NCBI GenBank assembly: GCA_964622835.1
Contig: CAZUSA010000003.1
Span: 1 to 62,181, forward strand
DNA length: 62,181 nucleotides
Source: Candidatus Woesearchaeota archaeon
GTDB lineage: Archaea > Nanobdellota > Nanobdellia > SCGC-AAA011-G17 > UBA489
Direction: 5' to 3'
Part shown: positions 52,010 through 62,181 of the stretch, in pieces
How positions within the stretch are numbered: the stretch's first letter is position 1
How the letters are laid out: every line of letters begins with the position of its first letter
Notes under the pieces: model-generated
Database searches by the model: none
What the model was told of the DNA's origin: nothing
What the model saw: only the letters and a program-made list of their open reading frames with translations
Program-made: the position numbers and the translations under genes

Positions 52010-53605
52010 TTATCCACCGAAGATGGTAGCGAACCAGGTAAAGAGTTGTTTTACGAACCCTACCTGTTCCGCTACTGGTTCACAAATGCCATAGCGGGCT
52101 GAATTGCTTTGACATTCGTAATCATTTTGTGCAGCTTCGTTGTCTGCTTTTTGTGTGTGGAGTTCTTTATCTAGTCCACAGTAAACTGCTTCATCCTTAA
52201 CGATGAGGCGTGTTGTTGTTGGTAAACAACTGTCTTCTTCATTGACGTAACAACCGTTATCACACGTTGGTTCTATAATCTCAACAGGTGTTGCACATCT
52301 TTCGTATTGGAGTTTACATCGTTGATAGTTTGTGTCACCATGCATACATTCTGAGAGTTCTTGTGTGCAGTGATTAATATTGTTGTTTGGACGCTTTCGT
52401 ACAGGTTGTTTATCTAATCTATCTATAGGTCGTGAACAATCTGCTGGACATATTCGTGCATTTTCGAAGTCTGCGTTACAGATATTGTCACCGCAGATGA
52501 TGTAGTCATCACCATAATCATGGTTTTCAGCGATGATATCAACATCGTGGAGAACATCTGGCATTGGTTGTGGTGTAAGTGGTGTTGTATCTAAAAATGT
52601 TACAGGATACTCAATAGTGAGTGTTTCTGGGTCGTTTCCTGGTTCATCGTAGAATGATAATCCTGTTCCATAAGGCATTTCACCGTAGTGGTAGTTACCA
52701 ACCTGTCTGGTAAAGATATCATCAAATAATGCAAGGAACCATGGTGTGTTACTAATGGTTTTGTCTTTGTCAAAACCAATTTCATCAGTGCCCCGTTGTT
52801 CTATAGTAAAATAGATACCGTGATCGCCGCCACCAGGAGATTTTACTCCTTGTTCGGAAAGCTGTTTGATCATTGTTGTTAAATGAAACGTTGATGTTGT
52901 ACCAGGTATTGTTTGTCCGTTGACACTGTATTGTGCATCATAATAATCACTTAAGAACACAACACTACCACCTTTTCCAAGGATGTTAATGCGTGCACCG
53001 TTCATTTTATTGTCACCGTTTTGGTCAATAGCTAAATCGGGGTTTGCATTGTTGTCACGAGCAAGATATACGCGACGTTCAATACCACCGGTAACAAGTG
53101 TTGCATGGCCAATAACATGATCGTAGTCTAATGGTGTGACGGTTACTTCATGGGTGTCTCCTGTTGCCATATCTTTAAACTTCAGTGTATTATCATTTGC
53201 ATCATAGTTGTCGTATCGCCAAACACGACTAATACCTTCCGTGTCAAAACCGATGTTTTTTCCAAGTTGTGTGGTTAAATCGGTAAGAACGAAGTAGTCT
53301 AAGTGTCCAATGGTTGGTGTTACTTCAATGGTTTGTGTAAGTAAGCCTGCTGGGCCTTCTTTTGTAGCTTCTTGAAAGACAAAGTCTCTATTATCATTAC
53401 CGTATTTGAAGACACCCTTTTCGTTGGTGATATATGGGACGTTATAGACGAGTCCTTGGCTGTTTTCGAAGATGAGGTTATAGTCATCGTCGCCTTTCGG
53501 ATCCAGTTTTATGATGCTGGTTTCTCCGACGGTTACTGCTTGAGCGAGAGGTATCATCATGAAGATGAAGAGTATTCCTATTACCCAAGGTAGTTGTTTA
53601 TTCAT
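52010..53605 (-). CDS. Secreted protein with shared C-terminal Cys-rich module (paralog 3)
   Basis: Signal peptide ending PLAQA; CGDNIC..CPADC; AQNDYECQSNSARYG. Confidence 0.8.
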   Translation of the reverse strand: MNKQLPWVIGILFIFMMIPLAQAVTVGETSIIKLDPKGDDDYNLIFENSQGLVYNVPYITNEKGVFKYGNDNRDFVFQEATKEGPAGLLTQTIEVTPTIGHLDYFVLTDLTTQLGKNIGFDTEGISRVWRYDNYDANDNTLKFKDMATGDTHEVTVTPLDYDHVIGHATLVTGGIERRVYLARDNNANPDLAIDQNGDNKMNGARINILGKGGSVVFLSDYYDAQYSVNGQTIPGTTSTFHLTTMIKQLSEQGVKSPGGGDHGIYFTIEQRGTDEIGFDKDKTISNTPWFLALFDDIFTRQVGNYHYGEMPYGTGLSFYDEPGNDPETLTIEYPVTFLDTTPLTPQPMPDVLHDVDIIAENHDYGDDYIICGDNICNADFENARICPADCSRPIDRLDKQPVRKRPNNNINHCTQELSECMHGDTNYQRCKLQYERCATPVEIIEPTCDNGCYVNEEDSCLPTTTRLIVKDEAVYCGLDKELHTQKADNEAAQNDYECQSNSARYGICEPVAEQVGFVKQLFTWFATIFGG

Positions 53606-53759
53606 TTAGTCCTCCAGTTTCGCATTGGTTGCGAATAGTTTGTTTTCATGAAATGGTAATGGTGGGGCTCATATATAGAAATTCAGCGGAACTATGAGTA
53701 TAAGGAGAACATATTATCGATCCATTTACTAAATAAAGGATAAAATGAGGTCCTTTGAC

Positions 53760-54290
53760 CTATTTTCTGAAGAATATGAAGCGTTGGTCATTGCACATGA
53801 CCGTTAACAGGGTGTTTGCGTCTTCTGGATTGAAACTATTGCGATCTTGTGCTGAAAAGGTACAATGTTGTTGTGGGTGACTATGTAAATCTAACAAGGT
53901 TTCATTGGGACATCCTGCACTGACAACATGGTCATAGTCTTGTTCGTATATTTTTGGTAGAAAGAGTTCATTGATGATATAACCTTCTTCGTCAACATGG
54001 CCGAGGAGACAGGCTTTGAATTCTTTCTCATTGGCATGATATAATCCAATTAATGATGCAAGAATGTCTTCATCAAAGGTAATGATACCATAGTCTGTTT
54101 GTATTTGATTTGCTTCAAGTGTTTCACTGGCTAAGAGTCCAGGTATCATGGATAAGACTCGTGGTGTTGTAACGAAGTACGTAACAAAGATACTGAGGAA
54201 AATGAAGGCAAGTATTTTCCATATAATTTTGGGGAGTTTACGTTCACGTAGTTCGTGGTCTTCTATTGGATGAAGAAGATCATGGTCCAT
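53760..54290 (-). CDS. Membrane-anchored JAB/MPN+ (JAMM) metalloprotease
   Basis: Exact E..HxHx7SxxD motif (EFKAC..HSHPQQHCTFSAQD) after an N-terminal TM. Confidence 0.75.
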   Translation of the reverse strand: MDHDLLHPIEDHELRERKLPKIIWKILAFIFLSIFVTYFVTTPRVLSMIPGLLASETLEANQIQTDYGIITFDEDILASLIGLYHANEKEFKACLLGHVDEEGYIINELFLPKIYEQDYDHVVSAGCPNETLLDLHSHPQQHCTFSAQDRNSFNPEDANTLLTVMCNDQRFIFFRK

Positions 54291-56053
54291 TATGCACCGA
54301 GTTCTTTTTTTAATTGGTCGACTAATGTTTGTATGTAGTCAAAGCCGCCTTGCCAGAAGTATGTTTGTGTAATGTCAATGTCTACTTCTTTAAGAATGTC
54401 AACGGGTGATTGACTGCCACCGTAGGCGAGGATCTTTTTGTATTTTGGTATAAAGTCGTTTCCTTCTTGTTTATATTTGTTATACAAACTTAAGACAAGT
54501 AAGTTACCAAAGGCATAGGAGTAACAGTAGAATGGCGAGTGAAAAATATGAGGAATATATTTCCATTCGTGTTGGAAGAGGTCAGGAACATCGACAGAGT
54601 CACCAAATTGTTCTTTCAAATTAGCAAGCCATGCGTTGTTTAATTCTGGTGTTGTTGCTCCATTTTGTATCATGTCATGGGCTTGTTGTTCGAATAATGT
54701 AAAGTAGGTTTGTCGTATGATACTTGCGTAGACGCCGTCTATTTGTGTTGCTAAATGGTGTATTTTTTCATCCTTACTTTTTGTATTGGCAAGAAGATGT
54801 TCTTCTAAGAGCATTTCACAGAAGATTGATGCGGTTTCACAGATGGGTAAGGGTGCATGATAGTCAAAGATATGGTGGTGGCTTGAAAGCATTGCATGGA
54901 TGGCATGGCCTAGTTCGTGTGCCATTGTTGATACGTCTCGTTCTTTACCAACAAAATTAAGTAAGACATACGGTGTCATGTTGGGTATGCTACTGGAACA
55001 GAAGGCACCACTTTGTTTTCCTTTTTGAAGTTCTGAGTGAATATGTTGTTCGTCCATCATACGTTTGGCCATTGTATGGAATTCTTCGTCGAATCCTTTG
55101 AAGACATTTAAGACGGTATTACAGGATTCATCGTACGTAATGGTTTTTTCTGTTCCCGTTAAAGGAGCATAGACATCATATCGTTGCAATTTTTTCATTT
55201 TCAATATTGTTGCTTTTAATGTGAAGTATTCATGGAAGATACCTATGTTTTTTTGACACGTTTCTAATAAGGCTGTAATAGCTTTGTCAGGTAGATCATT
55301 CCCTAAGTTTCTCATGCCTATAGGACTGTCATAGTGTCGTAATTTCAATCCTTCGTTCGTCCAGTCTAAGACGATGTTTTTGTATAATTCGCCAAGAACA
55401 TTTTCATCTTTTTTGTATTGTGCATACACAGTTTCATACGCTGTTTTTCTCAGTGTAGGATCTTTGTTTTTGACGTATTCCATGACTTGTGCTTGTGTTA
55501 AATTTGTTTTACCGTTAAAGTCGAATTGATAGGCATTGGTCATGATGTCATAAATGGTATTCATGCTTCCTGCACCAGTAATGTCTTTGATGTTGATGAT
55601 TTTTTCTTCAGGTTCTGTTAGGGTGTGTTTAGCAAATTTCCGTGAGTCTTTCATCATATGCGTATATTTACCTAGTCCTTTGAGGATTCGTTCTGCATTT
55701 TTCTCGTCAAGTTGTTTCCACCAGAGGCTAAAGAAGAGCATACGGTTACTAATGTCTGCGGCAAATTGATCAATTGTAGTATTTAATGCGTTAATGTCAT
55801 GGGCTGCTGTATCTTCGGTTAGTTTAAGATGTAAATAATAGGCGGGCGTATGTAAGAGTAAACTAATAGCTTCGCTTTCTTTGATGATAGCTATAACTTG
55901 TTCAGACGTGATATCTTCTGTTAGATTTTTACGATGTTGTTCAAAGGTTGTTACATCTTTATCGATGGTAGCAAAGATTGTTGAAAGTGCTTGTCGATCT
56001 ACGGGAGAACAGATGTCACCTAAATTCCATGTGGGCATAGGCGTTCTATTCAT
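54290..56053 (-). CDS. pepF: M3 family oligoendopeptidase F
   Basis: KQSGAFC, HELGH, ETASIF, and HIFHSPFYCYSYAFG motifs. Confidence 0.95.
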   Translation of the reverse strand: MNRTPMPTWNLGDICSPVDRQALSTIFATIDKDVTTFEQHRKNLTEDITSEQVIAIIKESEAISLLLHTPAYYLHLKLTEDTAAHDINALNTTIDQFAADISNRMLFFSLWWKQLDEKNAERILKGLGKYTHMMKDSRKFAKHTLTEPEEKIINIKDITGAGSMNTIYDIMTNAYQFDFNGKTNLTQAQVMEYVKNKDPTLRKTAYETVYAQYKKDENVLGELYKNIVLDWTNEGLKLRHYDSPIGMRNLGNDLPDKAITALLETCQKNIGIFHEYFTLKATILKMKKLQRYDVYAPLTGTEKTITYDESCNTVLNVFKGFDEEFHTMAKRMMDEQHIHSELQKGKQSGAFCSSSIPNMTPYVLLNFVGKERDVSTMAHELGHAIHAMLSSHHHIFDYHAPLPICETASIFCEMLLEEHLLANTKSKDEKIHHLATQIDGVYASIIRQTYFTLFEQQAHDMIQNGATTPELNNAWLANLKEQFGDSVDVPDLFQHEWKYIPHIFHSPFYCYSYAFGNLLVLSLYNKYKQEGNDFIPKYKKILAYGGSQSPVDILKEVDIDITQTYFWQGGFDYIQTLVDQLKKELGA

Positions 56054-56120
56054 GATGAACTTATAAGAATTTCTCTTTACTCCAAACCAATATATTTTTA
56101 TACCTCTGAAGATACGAAAT

Positions 56121-56471
56121 TTGATGAAAAAGAGGGTACAGAGTCATAGACTTAATAGATTAGTATTTGTTTTTGTTGCTTTATTTCTTGCTGCTGGTTA
56201 TGTTATAACAAATGGTATGTCTGCTGATGTTACTGGTTATGTGTCGTCTGATGAGCCTTGTGAGTTAGTTTCCAATCGTTTTTCTCATGTTTCCTATTGT
56301 CAAGGGAAGATGTTAGATGAAGGCGAACAATGTGCGTGGATTGCTAGTACTGGAAGTTGTCAGTACGTGCATGAAAAGCAGATGTGTGCTGGTACGCATA
56401 GAGGTTTTTGTGCTAAGCCTACGGATGTGTGTAGATATATTGGCCAATCACACACGTGTATTCGTGGTTAA
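56121..56471 (+). CDS. Small secreted Cys-rich protein
   Basis: N-terminal TM followed by a domain with 8 Cys. Confidence 0.6.
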   Translation: MMKKRVQSHRLNRLVFVFVALFLAAGYVITNGMSADVTGYVSSDEPCELVSNRFSHVSYCQGKMLDEGEQCAWIASTGSCQYVHEKQMCAGTHRGFCAKPTDVCRYIGQSHTCIRG

Positions 56472-57526
56472 GGTTTAAGTAACGCTTTATCTAGTTGTGC
56501 TCGTGTTATTTTTGATAGTTTCTTTTGAAAGGTTCCACAAAAATCAACAAGGACGTTGTAGAAGTTTTTTTTCATTTCTCCGCTGAGCAGTGTACCTTTT
56601 TTGTAATCTCTAATAAGTGCTTTACTATCGTTATCATCTAAGAATAAATTCGTAAGATAGAAACATGCCATGTCTTTATTGGGGTCACCACCTTTTTTTC
56701 TGTGTTCTTCTACGGTTTTTCGTCCACCACTTAATGCTTTGTTAACTTTTTTCTTTAATATCTCTGCAGTATCTCGAAAGTAAATGCCGTTATTACGTGA
56801 TTTTGACATTTTTTTACCGTCTAATCCGGGTAAGAATCGTAGGTGTAACACACTTGGTTTAACATATCCTGCTCTACCAGCAATATCTCGTGCGATGCGT
56901 AAGTGTGCATCTTCATCGGGTCCAATAGGTACTAAGACGTGTTTGATACCATGTAATGCTTGGGGAAATAATACATGAGCTGCTTGGACTGCTGGATAAA
57001 AGTATAATCCTGGATTATCATCTTTCTTATAGCCATAGGTAGAAATAATTTCTGACATGGTGATGCGTCGTGATAGCTTAATAGCTAAGTTGTAAATAGG
57101 AGTATATATTTGGTCTATGATAATAAATGTTTTTTTAGGATCAAAGCCGTAAGCAATAAGTTCTTTTGCAAGTTCTATTGAATATTTTAGTGCTTCTTCT
57201 TGGCTTTCTACTTTTCCTGAGACATAACTTTCATCGTCTGATATAGGGATAAAAACTGGTATACCAAATTCTTTTTGAAAAAATAAATTCGTATCAAAGA
57301 CAACTTTGTGTCCTATATGTAATGTTCCTGATGCGTTAACGCCTGAGACGATAGCACATTTTTCTCCTCGTTTCAATGCTGCATAGAATGTATCAAAGTC
57401 TCTGTGGGAATAAATGAGTCCTTTTTGAAAGGTGTAACAGTCCGGTAGCTGTTTCAATGTGCTCATTCGTTTAGCACCAAACTTCGTTACAAGTTTTTCA
57501 TTATCCACTAACAATGCTTTGTCCAT
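56468..57526 (-). CDS. trpS: Tryptophanyl-tRNA synthetase (archaeal type)
   Basis: LHIGH, PIGPDED and KMSKS motifs. Confidence 0.95.
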   Translation of the reverse strand: MDKALLVDNEKLVTKFGAKRMSTLKQLPDCYTFQKGLIYSHRDFDTFYAALKRGEKCAIVSGVNASGTLHIGHKVVFDTNLFFQKEFGIPVFIPISDDESYVSGKVESQEEALKYSIELAKELIAYGFDPKKTFIIIDQIYTPIYNLAIKLSRRITMSEIISTYGYKKDDNPGLYFYPAVQAAHVLFPQALHGIKHVLVPIGPDEDAHLRIARDIAGRAGYVKPSVLHLRFLPGLDGKKMSKSRNNGIYFRDTAEILKKKVNKALSGGRKTVEEHRKKGGDPNKDMACFYLTNLFLDDNDSKALIRDYKKGTLLSGEMKKNFYNVLVDFCGTFQKKLSKITRAQLDKALLKP

Positions 57527-57565
57527 AGAAAACTGGAAGAAAAAGACTATTTAAATAAGTGTCTG

Positions 57566-58231
57566 TTATGCGTGAACAATATCCATAAGGCTATCAACAT
57601 ATCCACGCATGGTTTTTTGCATACCACTGATATCATCACCAACATAAGGTACTATTTTTATTCGATCACTTAGTCTACTCTCTGCTTGAGCAATTTCACG
57701 AAATCCCTCATAGACTCTTCCATGAAATTCTTGACCAAGTCCTTCAATGGCATCGGTTATTTCATCTGAACGTATGTGGAATCCTACTGGTGGATCAATA
57801 AGTAATGTGAGATTTGGTCTAATGCCCTGTGTTGCATTTGCAGTGACCACACGGATAAGGTCTTCATCAATACCAAAACCATGGCCTTGGTAGGCGATAG
57901 TTGTATCAATGGAACGATCAGCAAGTACATGAACACCTTCTCGTAAACGCGGGATGACTACATTTTCAAAAACTTCAGCACGTGCTGCTGCAAGCATATA
58001 AAATATAGCTAAATCTCCTCGTTCAAAATTTAAAGGAGGTTCTCCTTCTACAGGTTCCTCTCCCTTAATGATTTTTCTTAGATGTTCACCAAGAGGGGTG
58101 CTTCCAGGTTCTCGAAGTAATTCTACACTACCATCACCAAGCTGGTCAGTTAGATAACCATAAAGTAAATCACAATGGGTACTTTTACCAACATGTTCTC
58201 CACCTTCTAGACTGATAAATTTTCCGCGCAT
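57566..58231 (-). CDS. tmk: Thymidylate kinase
   Basis: FISLEGGEHVGKST, LREPG, ADRS..TIAYQG and RPNLTLLID motifs. Confidence 0.93.
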   Translation of the reverse strand: MRGKFISLEGGEHVGKSTHCDLLYGYLTDQLGDGSVELLREPGSTPLGEHLRKIIKGEEPVEGEPPLNFERGDLAIFYMLAAARAEVFENVVIPRLREGVHVLADRSIDTTIAYQGHGFGIDEDLIRVVTANATQGIRPNLTLLIDPPVGFHIRSDEITDAIEGLGQEFHGRVYEGFREIAQAESRLSDRIKIVPYVGDDISGMQKTMRGYVDSLMDIVHA

Positions 58232-58434
58232 AGAAATACTTTTTTTGACAGTTACTTAAAGATGGTTATACTATGGTTGTAATATTCTAATGAAGAGTTC
58301 AGAACAGCTAGAAGTATTTAAAGTTTGAATTATTTATAAAGATCTGTCATGTTAGTGTATCAACGATTAATGATGGGTGTTCTTATGAATGATGATTTTA
58401 CTGTAAATAATTACAACCATTTTGGAGTTGCAGT

Positions 58435-59058
58435 ATGACACAACAAAAAGTAGTTCTGTTGGGGAGAGTTTCAAAGTCAGGGACGTTAAGAGACCTTACG
58501 GAAGGACATGAGGGTGATCTTACTAAAGGACCACTGAATCATAGACTCCCATATCAAAGAGTTATGGATAATCAAGAGACATTTACTCCATGGACTGCTC
58601 AGGATCAACTCATTATTGATGCAAGAACATATGAACAATTACAAAAAAATGATAGCGATTTTTTAGTAGACAAAGATTGTGTGGTGGTCATTGGAAGATT
58701 GCAAAGTGCTTGGAAAACTGTAAGGGAATTTGGTAAGAGAACTTCAGGGGGTGTGCGTCATGCAGGAACAATGGCAAGGGCACTTACTCAGGCAGTAAGA
58801 AATGATGGATCTTCTGTTTACGTCTGGGGTTCAACAGACTTATTAAAAAGAAGACGGACAAGAAATGATTTATTAAAGAGAACAGATTTGTGTGCTCTTG
58901 TCGTTGAACATGAAAGTAAAAGTAATGGGCCAATTCATTTGCCCATAAGAGGAAATCAAAGTTGTTGGACTGAAGTGCTTAAAAGGAATTATGGTGCTGA
59001 AGGTTGCTCTGTAATGGTTTACAATAGAATTAGTCCGTCGGATACGCCATCTTCGTAG
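58435..59058 (+). CDS. Highly diverged dihydrofolate-reductase-fold protein
   Basis: Colinear DHFR-like segments: [45 protein letters not shown]. Confidence 0.5.
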   Translation: MTQQKVVLLGRVSKSGTLRDLTEGHEGDLTKGPLNHRLPYQRVMDNQETFTPWTAQDQLIIDARTYEQLQKNDSDFLVDKDCVVVIGRLQSAWKTVREFGKRTSGGVRHAGTMARALTQAVRNDGSSVYVWGSTDLLKRRRTRNDLLKRTDLCALVVEHESKSNGPIHLPIRGNQSCWTEVLKRNYGAEGCSVMVYNRISPSDTPSS

Positions 59059-60064
59059 TAAACTGTATATTTTTGTCTGTATCAAAGGCTTTGCGTATGG
59101 GTGTTGTTAAGATGTTTATTTCTCGTGCGACTGCTTGTTTCAAGTCTGCAGGATGTATTGCTTTATCTTTGTAGGATCCTTCTAATGCTTCGTAGTGTGC
59201 AAAGCTTAGGTCACCACCAAATTTTTTATCTCGTGTAATAACAAAGGATTTATCATTTAAGATAGGAAAGATAACATTTCGTACAAACGCTAAGATACCA
59301 TTACCTTCGACGATACCTTCTGGACAGAATGCTTTGTTCATTTTTTTTGTAATGAATGCTTCACTGTCTAAGATGTCTATTTTTGATGCACTGTCTGATG
59401 CACTCATTTTATCTCCCGTTAATCCAGGAATCATGGGGTTCATTAAATGTATTCTTTTTTTGTAATCTATTTTTGGGAGGTATTCTCTGTCGTACATGAA
59501 GATTTTTCGTTGGTCAACGCCACCAAATTGTGCATCGACATCTAAGTATTGTTCGTCAAGTGCTTGCAACGTTGGATATAACAAGGAACTCATTTTTGGA
59601 TTGTCTGATTGTTTTACTACTTCTGCTCCTGCTTTTTTTGCATCTTTGTATGATGTTACTGATGCCAGTCTATACATGTCTAATGTGTATTCTTCACCAA
59701 GTTGAAAGTCTGTTCCTTTGACGAATTTTAATTTCTTTAAGGGTACACCTATAGAGGTTAACATTTGTTTGATGATGAATTGATAGTATTCTGTTCTATG
59801 TTCAAGTTGATCCCATAAACTTTTTTGATTGTCTAAGTAGCCGTGTAAGTCTGCAAATAAGATAGTAACGCTACAGCCTGCTTTCAAAAAATCAGCTATT
59901 TTAATCATAGGAACAAAGTAAGCAATATGTGGTCGTCCACTAATGGCTGTTCCCCAATAGATTTTAAGATCTCTTTTCTTAAGAATTTCTTTAAGTTCTT
60001 CTTCACCTACGACTTCTTGTAAGTTTCTCGTAATAAGCTCACATTTTTCCTCGGGTTTCATCAT
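59030..60064 (-). CDS. tyrS: Tyrosyl-tRNA synthetase (archaeal type)
   Basis: [27 protein letters not shown] and KMSAS motifs. Confidence 0.96.
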   Translation of the reverse strand: MMKPEEKCELITRNLQEVVGEEELKEILKKRDLKIYWGTAISGRPHIAYFVPMIKIADFLKAGCSVTILFADLHGYLDNQKSLWDQLEHRTEYYQFIIKQMLTSIGVPLKKLKFVKGTDFQLGEEYTLDMYRLASVTSYKDAKKAGAEVVKQSDNPKMSSLLYPTLQALDEQYLDVDAQFGGVDQRKIFMYDREYLPKIDYKKRIHLMNPMIPGLTGDKMSASDSASKIDILDSEAFITKKMNKAFCPEGIVEGNGILAFVRNVIFPILNDKSFVITRDKKFGGDLSFAHYEALEGSYKDKAIHPADLKQAVAREINILTTPIRKAFDTDKNIQFTTKMAYPTD

Positions 60065-60102
60065 TTCATTGGATTAAGAGAAGCATATAAATGTTTCCAA
60101 GA

Positions 60103-60975
60103 TTAAGAAGTGTAAGTTTCAATGAGTTCTTCTGCTATTTTACGAAGGTGAGGGTTAACAATAGAATCTACATCAATTGGTATGATGTTTCCCGATAATT
60201 GCGTTTCTAGTGGTGGAAGGTCAAGGTGTATTGCTCTTGAAGTAACTTTCTCAATGAGTGATGGAACACGATTGGGTGCAGAGAGTTCTTCCATTATCTT
60301 TAAGGTACCACCTTCATGATTTGCATCAGCATCCCTATCTACAACAAATGCCAGAGCAGCATAATGTATTCCTGCTTGAAGGGCTAGTGACGCTTCAGGA
60401 CAAAGAGTCATACCAACAATGTCTGCATATTGACTACGTTTTGCTCCTTCTGCACTAGTACCAAATCTATCACCAGGTATACAAACATATGTACCCATTG
60501 CATATTTTTTTCCACGTTCAAAACCAAAATGACCACTTTTATCTTGAATAGTACTCCAAAGAAGGTCAGTAAGTGATGGTGAAAATGCTGGTCGAGGATT
60601 AGTATGAACAATAAGACCACCTTCAAATAAGGTATCATCTCTTCCTGTTTCATCGACGTAATCAGAAGGTACTATAACACTACCAACCGGAATACTTTTC
60701 TTAAAACTACCAACAGCACTAGTTGCTATGATAACATCTGCACCAAGCATGTGTGCAGCAACAATGTTTGCTTGGTAAGATGTGTGTGCAGGACCACTAG
60801 CTTCATCACCGTTGCCATGACGGGGAATAAAAATGACATCCCTTTCACGATTTATTTGATAATTAATACCTTGTGCGTCAAGACCTCTACCAACATCACA
60901 ATATCTCCATTCTGCTTTGTCAAAAAGGGGAGTATCTTTGATACCTGATCCACCAATAACAGCAATTGTATTCAT
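60103..60975 (-). CDS. mtnP: MTAP/purine nucleoside phosphorylase family protein
   Basis: IAVIGGSG, FIPRHG, SAVGS and IVGMT motifs. Confidence 0.85.
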   Translation of the reverse strand: MNTIAVIGGSGIKDTPLFDKAEWRYCDVGRGLDAQGINYQINRERDVIFIPRHGNGDEASGPAHTSYQANIVAAHMLGADVIIATSAVGSFKKSIPVGSVIVPSDYVDETGRDDTLFEGGLIVHTNPRPAFSPSLTDLLWSTIQDKSGHFGFERGKKYAMGTYVCIPGDRFGTSAEGAKRSQYADIVGMTLCPEASLALQAGIHYAALAFVVDRDADANHEGGTLKIMEELSAPNRVPSLIEKVTSRAIHLDLPPLETQLSGNIIPIDVDSIVNPHLRKIAEELIETYTS

Positions 60976-61061
60976 ACGATTACTTTTTCTAAAAATAAGT
61001 ATTTAAGATTACATATACTCAAAAAGACAGACTTATAAATGGCTTTTAAACAATAAAGATT

Positions 61062-61823
61062 ATGTTTGAAGAAAGTGGTGTGTGGTCATATACACTCTTG
61101 AGTGTATTGATTGTTAGTTTATTATCGTTTATTGGTGTCTTTGCTATTTCGTTAAAGAAGAAGTTATTAGATAAGGTTCTTATTTTACTTGTCAGCTTAT
61201 CAGCTGGAGTCATGTTGGGTGATGCGTTTATTCATTTGATTCCTGAAGCTGCTTCGTCTGGGTTTACGTTACAAGTATCGTTAGCTATTCTTGCGGGTAT
61301 TACGTTATTTTTTATTATGGAAAAGTTTGTGCATTGGCGCCATTGCCATTTGCATCCTTCAGAAAAACATCCTCAATCGTATGCTATTATGAATTTATTG
61401 GGTGATGGATTGCACAATTTTATTGATGGTATGTTAATTGCGGGAAGTTTTTTAGTGGATATTCGTTTGGGTATTGCAACAACGATTGCTGTTGTTTTAC
61501 ATGAGATTCCTCAAGAAGTAGGTGACTTCGGTGTATTGTTGCATGGTGGGTTTAAGAAACGTGAAGCAATGTGGTTTAATTTCTTAACAGCATTATTTTC
61601 TGTGTTAGGTGCGGTTATTGTGTTAGCTATTGGTAAGGCAAGTGCGTTAGTTCCTCAATTCTTAATTCCGTTTACGGCTGGTGGATTTATTTATATTGCT
61701 GCATCTGATTTGATTCCTCAGATTCATCATCATGTTGAAAAACATTGGCGTCAGTCGGTATTAGAATTAGTTGTCTTTGTCTTTGGTATTGTTGCTATGT
61801 ATGGGTTATTGTTCTTAGAATAG
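61062..61823 (+). CDS. zupT: ZIP family metal transporter
   Basis: AFIHLIPE, GDGLHNFIDG and LHEIPQEVGDF motifs; His-rich loop. Confidence 0.95.
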   Translation: MFEESGVWSYTLLSVLIVSLLSFIGVFAISLKKKLLDKVLILLVSLSAGVMLGDAFIHLIPEAASSGFTLQVSLAILAGITLFFIMEKFVHWRHCHLHPSEKHPQSYAIMNLLGDGLHNFIDGMLIAGSFLVDIRLGIATTIAVVLHEIPQEVGDFGVLLHGGFKKREAMWFNFLTALFSVLGAVIVLAIGKASALVPQFLIPFTAGGFIYIAASDLIPQIHHHVEKHWRQSVLELVVFVFGIVAMYGLLFLE

Positions 61824-61856
61824 CTTTTTAAACCACCAAAGTAGTAGAATAACTGT

Positions 61857-62181
61857 TAGGAGTGGCAGTTACCTTCCGGTTGAAAAACTGGGGAAAGTCC
61901 GCCCACCACTATAGGCCACTGTTTGAAAGAACAGATTCCGAAAGGGATGGCAACCGTCCAGAAATAACACGGCCGGTGCAGGTTAAGCAAGGAGACGGTC
62001 AGGCTGCAAATGCCTGAGAGAGCACAATACTCTTTGACGTTGTTCGTGAGAATGACAAGATAACCCGTCGAGCGTCTGCACAGGATGCGATGAAACAACG
62101 AGCCCTGGTTGGTGCAAGTCGATGATCGACGCTAAGTTAAATGGTAACATCGTCTCCTCTTTACCCTGCGTAAAGAAGACG
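61857..62181 (+). ncRNA. rnpB: RNase P RNA (archaeal), truncated at the window end
   Basis: GGGAAAGTCC (CR-I), CAGAAA, TGAAAC and GCAAG elements in order; the 3' CR-V element is not in the window. Confidence 0.85.

Overview
A 62 kb archaeal chromosomal segment. It carries archaeal 16S/23S rRNA, a class I CCA-adding enzyme, and archaeal-type TyrRS, TrpRS and RNase P RNA. The divergent rRNA and many orphan genes suggest DPANN, probably Woesearchaeota-like (inference). Bases 1 to about 12,900 are an AT-rich accessory island that starts at what looks like a tRNA-Gly 3' end and contains repeated att-like sites. It holds a decapitated integrase fusion, a Fic gene, a copper cluster (copZ, Met-rich HMA membrane protein, cupredoxin, copA), an ArsR-controlled merF/merT/merP-like operon without merA, and a PadR/SDR module with clear operator palindromes. 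The rest is core-like genome: cca, lspA, pepA, pepF, dsbA, bcp, cyclophilin, a MacB-type ABC exporter, mutY, trpS, tyrS, tmk, MTAP and a ZIP transporter. It also includes a 16S-tRNA-Ala-23S locus split by protein genes, a family of secreted proteins sharing a C-terminal Cys-rich module, and RNase P RNA cut by the window end. The most striking observations are a half-size deoxyhypusine hydroxylase (DOHH)-like HEAT protein, unusual substitutions in the rRNA peptidyl-transferase and decoding centres, a bacterial-type lipoprotein signal peptidase with lipobox substrates, and a cryptic DHFR-fold gene opposite tmk. All family calls are by-eye motif recognition; no searches were run.
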